Shown here: piece by piece, positions 20,001-28,103 of the stretch
How positions within the stretch are numbered: the stretch's first letter is position 1
Layout of the letters: each line of letters starts with the position of its first letter
Source: a virus
Taxonomy: Duplodnaviria > Caudoviricetes
Virus record (IMG/VR): IMGVR_UViG_3300032295_000548
Location: 64,001-128,000 of that record
Reading direction: 5' to 3' (one strand)
DNA length: 64,000 nt
The notes under the pieces: generated by a model
The model's database searches: none
What the model was told of the DNA's origin: nothing
Seen by the model: the letters and a program-made list of their open reading frames with translations, nothing else
Program-made: the position numbers and the translations under genes

Positions 20001-23000
20001 AGCCCTCCATATATCTATCACTTTGCTACTCAGTGGGCACTGACAGGTGGTCCTGTGTATACAGTACAAGGTGCTAATGAAACAAAGTATTTGGAAGAAC
20101 CATGTGCAGTTGCTTTGGAGAATAAAGAAAACTGGGAAATACCTAAAGATATCGATGAAGCTTTATTTGACTTCTCATGGCATCCATACGTGGAAGATCA
20201 GCCTTATGTATATGTGTTTGGTACGCAACATCAAAAGACAGGCGGACCTAAGTACGTAACACCAGGTGTTATCCCTTCAAGCCCAATCAAATACATTGAC
20301 ACACGTATTCTTAAAGCAGTAAAGAAGCCTAGTAAGAAAAACTTTGCAATACTGAATAACTACAAGATTAAAGATTTTGATTGGTCATGGCATCCAGACG
20401 AAACCGACGAGCCATACATCTATGTGTTTGGTAACAATCAATACTCGGCTGAGATTATGCCTACGATTGAGTACGTTGTGCCGGGCGCAAAGCAGATCAA
20501 ATACGTCAGTGATGTTATAGCAACGTTAGATGTTGACATGACTAACTGGGAAATTCCCGATAACATTGATGCTGAAGGCTTTGACTTTAGTTGGAAACCT
20601 AATCCTAAAGACCCGCCTTTCATATATCAATTTGGTACTCAATGGCAAAAGACAGGCGGCCCTCGCTATGTTGTGCCAGGTGCTGACGAAGTAAAGTATG
20701 TAACTACTCAACAAGTTAAATCATTGTCATCAATGACCAATTGGACTATTCCAACGCATATTGATACAACTGGATTTGATTTTAGTTGGCACCCGGATGA
20801 CACAAGCCCTCCTTATATCTATCACTTTGCCACTCAATGGGCACTGACAGGTGGACCTGTATACACTGTTGAGGGTGCAACGGAAACAAAATACTTAGAA
20901 GAACCTAGTGCAATTGCATTAGTAAATAAAGAAAATTGGGAAATACCTTCTGACATTGATGATAGTGAGTTTGATTTTTCTTGGCATCCATATGTAGAAG
21001 ATCAGCCTTATGTGTATGTCTTTGGTACTCAATGGCAAAAGACTGGTGGACCTAAGTACATAACACCTGGTGTTATTCCTTCAAGTCCTATCAAGTATAT
21101 TGATACACGTATTCTTAAGGCTAAGAAATTGGCTAATAAAAAGAACTTTGCCATACTCAATAATTATAAGATTAAAGATTTTGATTGGTCATGGCATCCA
21201 GACGAAACTGATGAGCCATATATCTATGTGTTCGGTAACAATCAATACTCGGCTGAGATTATGCCAACTATTGAATATACAGTTCCGGGTGCAAAACAAA
21301 TCAAGTACGTACATGATGTAGTAGCAACGTTAGATGTTGACATGTCAAATTGGGAAGTGCCTAAGAATGTAGATTCTACTGGATTTGACTTCAGTTGGAA
21401 ACCTAACCCTAAAGATCCTGCATATATCTATGAGTTTGGTACTCAGTGGCAAAAGACAGGTGGCCCTCGCTATGTTGTGCCTGACGCAGAAGAAGTTAAG
21501 TACGTATCTACACAACAAGTCAAAGTACTTGCTAATCATGACAATTGGACTATACCTCCTAACATCGATGTTAGTGATTTTGATTTTAGCTGGCACCCTG
21601 ATGCTACAAGTCCACCATATATCTATCACTTTGCCACTCAGTGGGCATTGAGCGGTGGCCCGATCTACAAGATGGATAAGGCTATTGCTACTAAGTATAT
21701 GGATCAGCCTGTTGCTAAAGCATTGCCTAATAAAACTAATTGGGAGATACCGGATGATATTGATGCAGTAGATTTTGATTTCTCATGGCATCCGTATGTT
21801 GAAGATGATCCGTTTGTTTATCAGTTCGGTACTCAATGGCAAAAGACAGGTGGACCTCGTTATGTCACACCGGGTGCAAAGAGAAGTTTACCAGTCAAGT
21901 ACATTGACACTCGTATTCTTAAATCTAAAAAGTTACCTAACAAAGATAAGTTTACTGTATTAAACAATTTAACAATTGCATCGTTTGATTGGTCATGGCA
22001 TCCAGATGAGACTGACGGTGAATTTGTATATGTGTTTGGCAACACACAGTATCCTGCTGAAGTTATGCCTACGATTGAATATCGTTCAAGTCCCTACGCA
22101 GAAAAGATAAAGTATATCAACGATTTTAAGGCTGTACTAGCAACGGATCTTAAGGATTGGGACATACCTACTAACATTGATGTTAGTGAGTTTGATTTTA
22201 GTTGGAAACCAAATCCAAATGACCCTCCATTCATTTATCAGTTCGGTACTCAATGGCAAAAGACAGGAGGCCCTCGTTATAAAGTAGAAGGCGCAACCGA
22301 AGTCAAATATGTTGAAGGGTCTAAAGCAAAAGCAATTGCTAGTAAAAAACAATGGATAGTACCGACAACTATTGATAGTGCAAACTTTGACTACAGTTGG
22401 CATCCAGACGAAACTGAAGAACTTTACGTTTATCAATTTGGTACTCAATGGCAAAAGACAGGTGGCCCTCGTTATATAACGTCTGGATCAACTAGTGATA
22501 CTCCTGTAAAATACTGTGATGATGTTAAAGCAAGACAATTGCCTAACAAAAAGAATTTTAACTGTTTAGTAGAGCATGAGATAAAAGACTTTGACTATTC
22601 ATGGCATCCAGATGATACTGATAAGCCATACATTTATGTGTTTGGTAATAAACAGTATTCTGCTGAAATTATGCCTACAATAGAATATAAAGTGGCAGGG
22701 GCAGTTCAGGTCAAGTACGTACATGATGTTGTAGCTACACTGAACAACAACAAAAAAAACTGGGAGATACCTAAAGATATCACTACTGAGAGTTTTGACT
22801 TTAGCTGGTTGCCTCACCCTAAGGATCCTCCTTATGTATATCAATTTGGTACACAACATCAAAAGACAGGTGGACCTCGTTATGTAGTTCCTACAGCTAC
22901 TGATATAAAATACATCGATGGCTTGGTTGCTAAACGCAAACAAGCTATGACCAACTGGGTAGTACCTGAAGGAGTTGATGTATCTAATTTTGATTTTAGT

Positions 23001-25154
23001 TGGCATCCTGATGAACTAGCACCACCGTACATTTATCAGTTCGGTACAGTTGCTGACGACAAAGACGGTCCTAAATATGTTCCATCTATCAATAACGGTG
23101 AAGTAGTATTCAAGCAAAGAATAAGCAAACCAATACAAGATGACATAATCGAAGAAGTTTTCATTGGACAATACTATATTGAGACTACACTAGAAGATTT
23201 GGTTAACAAACACCCTGATGAAATTTTCTGGGCATTGAATTCTAGTATTGATTACACAAACTTTGACTTCACTTGGAGGCCTGAGATTATTCATATTGCA
23301 TGGGAATCTTCATACGTTAATGTATTTGGTTCTCCTGACAGTCCATTGACACAAACATACTTTGTCAATGCAAAATCATACTTGGCTGGAAATAAAGACT
23401 TTAAGTTTGTTGAGAACGTAAAATTAAGTGAAGAATACCTATCAACTCTTTTTGTTAAGCCTGACATGTTTTTTGTTGACAGAGGAAACAGTGAATCATC
23501 TGCAAGATTTGAAATGCTGAAAACTAAGTTTGGAAACATTCAAAAGACACGATATCTAAACAGTTGGGTCGATACCATCAACCGTTGTATCAATCGTAGT
23601 ACAACTGAATTATGCTGGATACTGAACAGTGAATTAGATTACTCTGATTTTGACTTTAACTATTATCCTAACCCTTGGCAGATGAAGATGGTTCATGTGT
23701 TTGGTACTCAATGGAGTCATTGGGGAACTACGTTCATGGTTAATCGTGAAGCATTCTCTACTGACACCAAGTACATTAAGATTATAGAACACTTGAGTAA
23801 TCTTAACTTTGTCAAGACTCGTACTGCAAAGGCAACAAATGTCTTGTATGACGTATACTACATAGATCATGGCAACGCTACTAACTTGCCAAACGCAAAT
23901 GTTGTACCATATGATACTGATTATCTAACTACATTTAAGAACATACTATCTAAGTTGCCTGAAAAGAAAGAGCATTACATTTGGATAGCAAGTACAGTGT
24001 GTGATTATGACAGTTTTGATTTCACGTACATTTGTGATCCATTCGCACGTGAACAATTGCATGTGTTCCCAAGTAGCAGTCAGAAGTTTGGTGATACATT
24101 TTTAGTGAATGTGAACAAGTTACGTGAGTTAGTTAGTGATATGGAGTCATTGAAAGACTATGACAAAATTAACTTCAACCAACATCAGCGTACTAAACGT
24201 TTGACCCCTCCTACAATTGTTACAGAGTTTGATTCTCATGTTGCTACTGTAATGCAAGATTTTGATTTCCCCTACGCTGTATTTGTCACTGAGGATAACA
24301 AAGATATAGTTGCAGTTGAAGAAGAACCAATGAGTCTATGGGATCAAGAATCTAAAAACATTCTTGTTACCAGTACTGGTGGCACACGTATCATCGTTCC
24401 AAAAGAAGCAAAGCAATATGTTGAGACACAGTTGTATGACTATCCGTACATCAAAACTGCGCCTCGTTTAGCTAAGAGTAATCCATTAGACATTGTTTAC
24501 TTGAGCAATGGTGAAAGTTGTGCAGATGAAAATTATGAACATCTATTGAAAGCGACAAAGGGTCTTCCTAACAAAATCGTTCGTGTAGATGGTGTTAATG
24601 GTCGTGTTGAAGCATATCATGCCGCGGCAAAAGCAAGTAACACGCCTTGGATGTTCACTGTGTTTGCGAAATTGAAAGTCAACACTAAGTTTGACTTTAA
24701 CTGGCAACCAGATAGACTGCAAATTCCTAAGCACTATATGTTCTTAGCAAAGAACCCTGTCAATGGATTAATTTATGGTCACCAAGGTATGATTGCGTAC
24801 AACAAAGAAATGACATTGAATAATCCAGGTTACGGTCTAGACTTTACATTAGATAGTCCTCACGAAACTATTGAATTGTTATCAGGTATAGCAACATACA
24901 ACACAGACGAATGGTCAACATGGCGTACTGCATTCCGTGAAGTTATCAAGTTGAAGAAAGAAAATTCTGAAATTAGCTTGAAGCGTTTAGAAGCATGGAT
25001 GACTAAAGCTGAAGGTGATTTTGCAGAATATTCGATAGACGGTGCTATAGATGGTATCGCATACTACAATGAAGTAGAAGGCAAAACAGATAAACTACGC
25101 TTGAGTTACGAATGGGCGTGGTTGCGTGAAAGATTTGACAGGAAGCACAAGTGA
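17013..25154 (+). CDS. 2713-aa tandem-repeat protein with C-terminal glycosyltransferase-A-like domain(s)
   Basis: About 29 repeats of about 67 aa (FDFSWxP..P.YxYxFG); C-terminal DIVYLSNGE..RVDGV.GR..NPVNGL.YG domain. Confidence 0.85.
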   Translation: MLRDVFYFGNKPNVHPREQHATSLTDARRKASTEHFWIINEFCDYTNFDWDFDFEFLPDADVWAEEHNNVWPSYHQKDSGTWLCPKKLSDVIVYRADVDSLKRKNSINDNWKLLDNIDVTKWDFSWHPDPSDPPYIYKWGSKYAPVELKSCIEYHAPDATQIKYMNTTVELLPNWDCIVEVQKVNYNHWDMSWRPDPLDPPFIYVWGNKYIDGRLRSTLEYHVPGATEKKYMNELVPVLPEWDRWVLIHDIDKTSFDFSWRPDPREPDFIYVFGNEQYEGGVMPTIEYRMPDATERKYLHDMKARLSPHPEKFEHLEKADNIDYSWVPDPTAPPYIYVWGNQWNKPEDKISIQYVVEGATEYKYMEERSKRKPCMDNWEVPDDVDTTGFDFSWEPSPADPAYIYEFGTQWQKTGGPRYVVEGATEIKYVSTMKVTKLADKSKFAILGNLKIANFDYSWHPDSTEEPYIYVFGNNFYPGEIMPTIEYAMSGATKIKYVENAVATLGIDKINWEVPNNVDASSVDFSWKPNPKDPPYIYQYGTQHQKSGGPRYVVPEATEVKYVDVKAKALPQQDKFTVLDGIVVDEFDYSWHPDDTEEAYIYQFGNNQYPAEIMPTVEYAMPGATQIKYVHEVVAKLGVDMTNWTTPDNIDATGFDYSWKPNPKDPAYIYEFGTQWQKTGGPRYLVEGADEVKYVTTQSVKVLPTTDNWTIPTNCDVTGFDFSWHPDATSPPYIYHFATQWALTGGPVYTMDGATEIKYVEHPSAVALPNRDNWEIPKHIDSDAFDFSWHPYVEDQPYVYIFGTQHQKTGGPKYITPGVIPTSPVKYIDTRIIRAIRKPSKKNFAVLNNYKIKDFDWSWHPDETDEPYIYVFGNTQYPAEIMPTIEYVVPGATQIKYVTDVVATLDIDMANWEVSNNTDVSSFDFSWKPNPKDPPFIYQFGTQHQKTGGPRYVVADADEVKYVTTQQAVALPTTENWTVPNYVDTSGFDFSWHPDDTSPPYIYHFATQWALTGGPVYTVQGANETKYLEEPCAVALENKENWEIPKDIDEALFDFSWHPYVEDQPYVYVFGTQHQKTGGPKYVTPGVIPSSPIKYIDTRILKAVKKPSKKNFAILNNYKIKDFDWSWHPDETDEPYIYVFGNNQYSAEIMPTIEYVVPGAKQIKYVSDVIATLDVDMTNWEIPDNIDAEGFDFSWKPNPKDPPFIYQFGTQWQKTGGPRYVVPGADEVKYVTTQQVKSLSSMTNWTIPTHIDTTGFDFSWHPDDTSPPYIYHFATQWALTGGPVYTVEGATETKYLEEPSAIALVNKENWEIPSDIDDSEFDFSWHPYVEDQPYVYVFGTQWQKTGGPKYITPGVIPSSPIKYIDTRILKAKKLANKKNFAILNNYKIKDFDWSWHPDETDEPYIYVFGNNQYSAEIMPTIEYTVPGAKQIKYVHDVVATLDVDMSNWEVPKNVDSTGFDFSWKPNPKDPAYIYEFGTQWQKTGGPRYVVPDAEEVKYVSTQQVKVLANHDNWTIPPNIDVSDFDFSWHPDATSPPYIYHFATQWALSGGPIYKMDKAIATKYMDQPVAKALPNKTNWEIPDDIDAVDFDFSWHPYVEDDPFVYQFGTQWQKTGGPRYVTPGAKRSLPVKYIDTRILKSKKLPNKDKFTVLNNLTIASFDWSWHPDETDGEFVYVFGNTQYPAEVMPTIEYRSSPYAEKIKYINDFKAVLATDLKDWDIPTNIDVSEFDFSWKPNPNDPPFIYQFGTQWQKTGGPRYKVEGATEVKYVEGSKAKAIASKKQWIVPTTIDSANFDYSWHPDETEELYVYQFGTQWQKTGGPRYITSGSTSDTPVKYCDDVKARQLPNKKNFNCLVEHEIKDFDYSWHPDDTDKPYIYVFGNKQYSAEIMPTIEYKVAGAVQVKYVHDVVATLNNNKKNWEIPKDITTESFDFSWLPHPKDPPYVYQFGTQHQKTGGPRYVVPTATDIKYIDGLVAKRKQAMTNWVVPEGVDVSNFDFSWHPDELAPPYIYQFGTVADDKDGPKYVPSINNGEVVFKQRISKPIQDDIIEEVFIGQYYIETTLEDLVNKHPDEIFWALNSSIDYTNFDFTWRPEIIHIAWESSYVNVFGSPDSPLTQTYFVNAKSYLAGNKDFKFVENVKLSEEYLSTLFVKPDMFFVDRGNSESSARFEMLKTKFGNIQKTRYLNSWVDTINRCINRSTTELCWILNSELDYSDFDFNYYPNPWQMKMVHVFGTQWSHWGTTFMVNREAFSTDTKYIKIIEHLSNLNFVKTRTAKATNVLYDVYYIDHGNATNLPNANVVPYDTDYLTTFKNILSKLPEKKEHYIWIASTVCDYDSFDFTYICDPFAREQLHVFPSSSQKFGDTFLVNVNKLRELVSDMESLKDYDKINFNQHQRTKRLTPPTIVTEFDSHVATVMQDFDFPYAVFVTEDNKDIVAVEEEPMSLWDQESKNILVTSTGGTRIIVPKEAKQYVETQLYDYPYIKTAPRLAKSNPLDIVYLSNGESCADENYEHLLKATKGLPNKIVRVDGVNGRVEAYHAAAKASNTPWMFTVFAKLKVNTKFDFNWQPDRLQIPKHYMFLAKNPVNGLIYGHQGMIAYNKEMTLNNPGYGLDFTLDSPHETIELLSGIATYNTDEWSTWRTAFREVIKLKKENSEISLKRLEAWMTKAEGDFAEYSIDGAIDGIAYYNEVEGKTDKLRLSYEWAWLRERFDRKHK
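18740..21960 (+). repeat. Higher-order 804-bp (268-aa, four-unit) intragenic tandem duplication, about 4 copies
   Basis: 68-bp exact match 19563-19630 = 20367-20434; third copy starts at 21171 (period 804). Confidence 0.9.
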
Positions 25155-26206
25155 AATATATTACACATAACCAATGGTCAGGTGACCATAAGTTTGTTGA
25201 GTTCTACAATCGTGTAATCAGTGAAGATTTTGACAAGATCATAATCTTCTGTCAGAACGAATGGGAATGGTATAACCACGAACCCGAACATTGGCAGTTA
25301 CTACAAGATTATTGTAAGAAAATCAACAAGACAATTCATATAGTTGTTGGTGCCGCAGAAAAAGATTTCCCGGTACACATTGATAACGTTGACGTTTCAT
25401 ATTGGCCTACTTCATGGTTTGGTAGAACGTACATAAATTCAATGAGGATGAACAAAAGTCTATTCATAGATCCAAATGTTACCGTTGATTATGAACATCA
25501 CTTCTTTAACTTTAATCACAGACCAAAATCACATAGATGCAAAGTTATAGACCAACTAGCAAAGCATGATTTATTCAAGCATGGTGCTGTATCAATACAT
25601 GGTACAGAAGTTTATTCAGGAACAACGCATGAGGGATGGGAAATATTTCCATGGAAGCATTTTAAATACAAACCCATGTCATTGGATACTGCTGAATTCA
25701 CCAAAGATGCACACGGGCAGATGTTCGTAGTTACAGATATACATAGAAAGTCATTTTGTCAACTAGTTAGTGAAACAACAGATAGGTCATACTTTATAAG
25801 TGAAAAAACTATAATGCCCTTGTGTGCAGGTAAACCGTTTTTAGTAGCATCAAGACAAGGCTTTCACCAATTGCTGAAAGACATGGGGTTTGAGTTATAC
25901 GATGAAATCTTTGATTACTCATTTGATTCTATTGTTGATGAAGATAGACGTTACGAAATGCTAGTAGATAATTACAAAAGATTGTGTGAAATACCATTGA
26001 ATGAACTACCGGCATTAACAAAACAAATACATGAAAAGTTATTGCACAATAAGAATAGAGTAAAAGAGATTGTATATGAGCGAGGCAACTATCCGATGTT
26101 GTTGCAAGAGGTATTGAAGCATTACAAGACTACCAAAGAAGAAGTAGATCACTTGTTTTGTTCGTTGTATGAAGAAGAGGAAATGTTTGCATATCATGAG
26201 TGGTAA
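25151..26206 (+). CDS. Glycosyltransferase-like paralogue
   Basis: NHRPKSHR, SET..ISEKT.MP..GKPF, GFELYDEIFDYSFD. Confidence 0.55.
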   Translation: MKYITHNQWSGDHKFVEFYNRVISEDFDKIIIFCQNEWEWYNHEPEHWQLLQDYCKKINKTIHIVVGAAEKDFPVHIDNVDVSYWPTSWFGRTYINSMRMNKSLFIDPNVTVDYEHHFFNFNHRPKSHRCKVIDQLAKHDLFKHGAVSIHGTEVYSGTTHEGWEIFPWKHFKYKPMSLDTAEFTKDAHGQMFVVTDIHRKSFCQLVSETTDRSYFISEKTIMPLCAGKPFLVASRQGFHQLLKDMGFELYDEIFDYSFDSIVDEDRRYEMLVDNYKRLCEIPLNELPALTKQIHEKLLHNKNRVKEIVYERGNYPMLLQEVLKHYKTTKEEVDHLFCSLYEEEEMFAYHEW

Positions 26207-27236
26207 AAATTTAAACTACATTGGTCATAACCAATGGAATGGCCTTAACTTTCAAAATTTTTATGAGAAAGTGATTAACGGCAACTATGACAAAGTAATA
26301 TTATTTTCACAGAATGAGTGGGCACATCACCATCACAATCCTGAATATTTTCCTTTGCTACAAGAGCATATGAAAAGAATAGGTAAGCCCCTACATATCA
26401 TTACTTCGGCACATAAACATTTGTACCCAGTTGAACTAGAAAATACTCAAGTACATTGGTATGATACATATTGGATGTGCAAAACGTATGGACAATTATT
26501 ACACGTTAGTAAAGGTAATAAGATATCAATTGATCCCTACGAAACGGTAGATTACAAATATCATTATCTTTCTATGAACCACAGGCCCCATCTGCATCGT
26601 TGTTTGTTAATTGATTTGTTGGCTAAACACGATTTGATGAAGTATGGTGCTATATCATTACACAATGCACCAGTACCTGAACTGTATCAATGGAAATATT
26701 TTGATTACAAACCACTAATATTAGATCAACAATACTCCACTGAAAAAAATTATAACCTTGTACCTGACCAATATTATGAATCGTTCGTACAACTGATAAG
26801 TGAAGCTTCAGGTGATACTATAATGATGTCTGAAAAAACAGCAATACCGTTATTGTTAGGTAAACCTTTCTTAGTTGCTAGTCAGATGCATTTCCATAAG
26901 TTCTTGAAAGGACTAGGATTTGAGCTATATGATGAAATATTTGACTACAGTTTTGATGACGAACCGAACGAAGAAAAAAGATATGAAATGCTTTTGGAAA
27001 ACTTCAAGAGATTGTGTCAAATACCGTTAAACGAACTAACTCAATTACAACAACGCATAGCTAACAAAGTATTGTTTAATAAGAAACATGCCAAATCATT
27101 GGTATTTGACACTACAACATGCCCAGAACTAGCTATGGAAGTTATCAATTACTACAAAGATACCGGAACTATCATAGACAAGCACTTGATAGATGACTAC
27201 GAAAACTGTATAATGTACAAAGACCATGAGATTTGA
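26196..27236 (+). CDS. Glycosyltransferase-like paralogue (tandem duplicate of the preceding gene)
   Basis: Collinear similarity to the 25151 ORF along its length; start moved to the ATG at 26196. Confidence 0.55.
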   Translation: MSGKNLNYIGHNQWNGLNFQNFYEKVINGNYDKVILFSQNEWAHHHHNPEYFPLLQEHMKRIGKPLHIITSAHKHLYPVELENTQVHWYDTYWMCKTYGQLLHVSKGNKISIDPYETVDYKYHYLSMNHRPHLHRCLLIDLLAKHDLMKYGAISLHNAPVPELYQWKYFDYKPLILDQQYSTEKNYNLVPDQYYESFVQLISEASGDTIMMSEKTAIPLLLGKPFLVASQMHFHKFLKGLGFELYDEIFDYSFDDEPNEEKRYEMLLENFKRLCQIPLNELTQLQQRIANKVLFNKKHAKSLVFDTTTCPELAMEVINYYKDTGTIIDKHLIDDYENCIMYKDHEI

Positions 27237-27261
27237 CATAAATACTGAAAGGTGATACAAT
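27233..27261 (+). promoter_or_regulatory. Sigma70-type early promoter
   Basis: TTGACA-17-TACAAT with extended TG. Confidence 0.7.
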
Positions 27262-27262
27262 C

Positions 27263-27376
27263 ATGATTATGAATAAAGTTTTGGCACTAAAAGGATTACT
27301 AGCACTATTGGGCTTATACATAGCCTATAAGTTAGGACTTGAACTTTGGTGTATTGCGTATGGATTGTTAATGTAA
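27263..27376 (+). CDS. Small hydrophobic membrane peptide (35-37 aa, not in ORF track)
   Basis: MIMNKVLALKGLLALLGLYIAYKLGLELWCIAYGLLM; directly after the promoter; its stop overlaps the next SD. Confidence 0.6.
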   Translation: MIMNKVLALKGLLALLGLYIAYKLGLELWCIAYGLLM

Positions 27377-27385
27377 GGAGCGTAT

Positions 27386-27610
27386 ATGAAACGTCTTATT
27401 GGTGCTATTGTTGTTTTGGGTAGTCTTGTTGGTTGTGCAACACCTCAGCAAACTGCCGCACTGACAGGTGCAGTAGTCGGAGCCGCGGTAATGAGTTCAG
27501 TGTACGCACACCCTGCACCTAGACCGTTGCATTGCTACACCACTAGAAGTGTAATTGGATATGATATCTATAACCGTCCGTTGTACCAACATCGTCAGGT
27601 TTGTAGATAA
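27386..27610 (+). CDS. Small lipoprotein
   Basis: Signal peptide with LVGC lipobox; glycine-zipper-like TGAVVGAAV; AAGGAG SD. Confidence 0.7.
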   Translation: MKRLIGAIVVLGSLVGCATPQQTAALTGAVVGAAVMSSVYAHPAPRPLHCYTTRSVIGYDIYNRPLYQHRQVCR

Positions 27611-27611
27611 A

Positions 27612-27945
27612 AGTTAAGACTGTATGAAGTAGACAGAAAAGGATTCAAGACCCGGGGGCAGTTCCCGGCAGGTCCACCAAAAGGAGATATGATGAAGCCA
27701 GCTTATGTGATAGCAGTAGTACTATTAATAGGATTGATTTACTTTCATGTCTATTTTTGATGGGCCTGACATAGATTTCGATTGGGTCAAGAGTATTGAA
27801 ATGGACAGTCCGGCAATGTAGAAGCCGTTAGGATTGGGGTAACCCGGTCGAAGAAGCAAAACAAAGTAAACGCAAACGACTCACAGTTCGCATTAGCTGC
27901 CTAAACTCAGCTTAGGGTAAGACATACCTCGTAACAGAAACTCTA
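27612..27945 (+). ncRNA. ssrA: Circularly permuted (two-piece) tmRNA: acceptor piece about 27612-27679, intervening segment 27680-27761, coding piece 27762 to about 27945
   Basis: T-arm CCGGG-GGCAGTT-CCCGG plus CAGGTCC-ACCA lies upstream of the 5' strand GGGCCTG; 7-bp acceptor stem with G3:U70; tag ANDSQFALAA* at 27872-27904. Outer ends approximate. Confidence 0.92.
27689..27760 (+). CDS. 23-aa hydrophobic ORF inside the tmRNA intervening segment
   Basis: AAGGAG SD at 27681; MMKPAYVIAVVLLIGLIYFHVYF*. Confidence 0.55.
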   Translation: MMKPAYVIAVVLLIGLIYFHVYF

Positions 27946-27946
27946 G

Positions 27947-27970
27947 AAAGCCCACTTCGGTGGGCTTTTT
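27947..27970 (+). terminator. Intrinsic terminator after tmRNA
   Basis: AAAGCCCAC-TTCG-GTGGGCTTTTT. Confidence 0.9.
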
Positions 27971-28103
27971 ACCATATAGTATTGCTTATTGAGTAAACAC
28001 TACGTATACTTTACTTTATGAATTAATTTATTTGATAGGTTTTTATCAAGTAAATATTATTCTAGCCTGTTGAAAGACAGGCTTTTTATTAAAGGAAAAT
28101 TTT

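Noticed and set aside
17300-23100. Possible CRISPR array or DGR template/variable repeats
   Set aside because: The repeats are in frame within one ORF and vary at synonymous positions. There are no unique spacers, no obvious adenine-specific pattern, and no cas or reverse transcriptase gene in the window.
27641-27679. Stand-alone tRNA or integration-site remnant
   Set aside because: There is no anticodon arm, and the matching 5' strand and a tag ORF lie downstream, so it is the acceptor piece of a permuted tmRNA.
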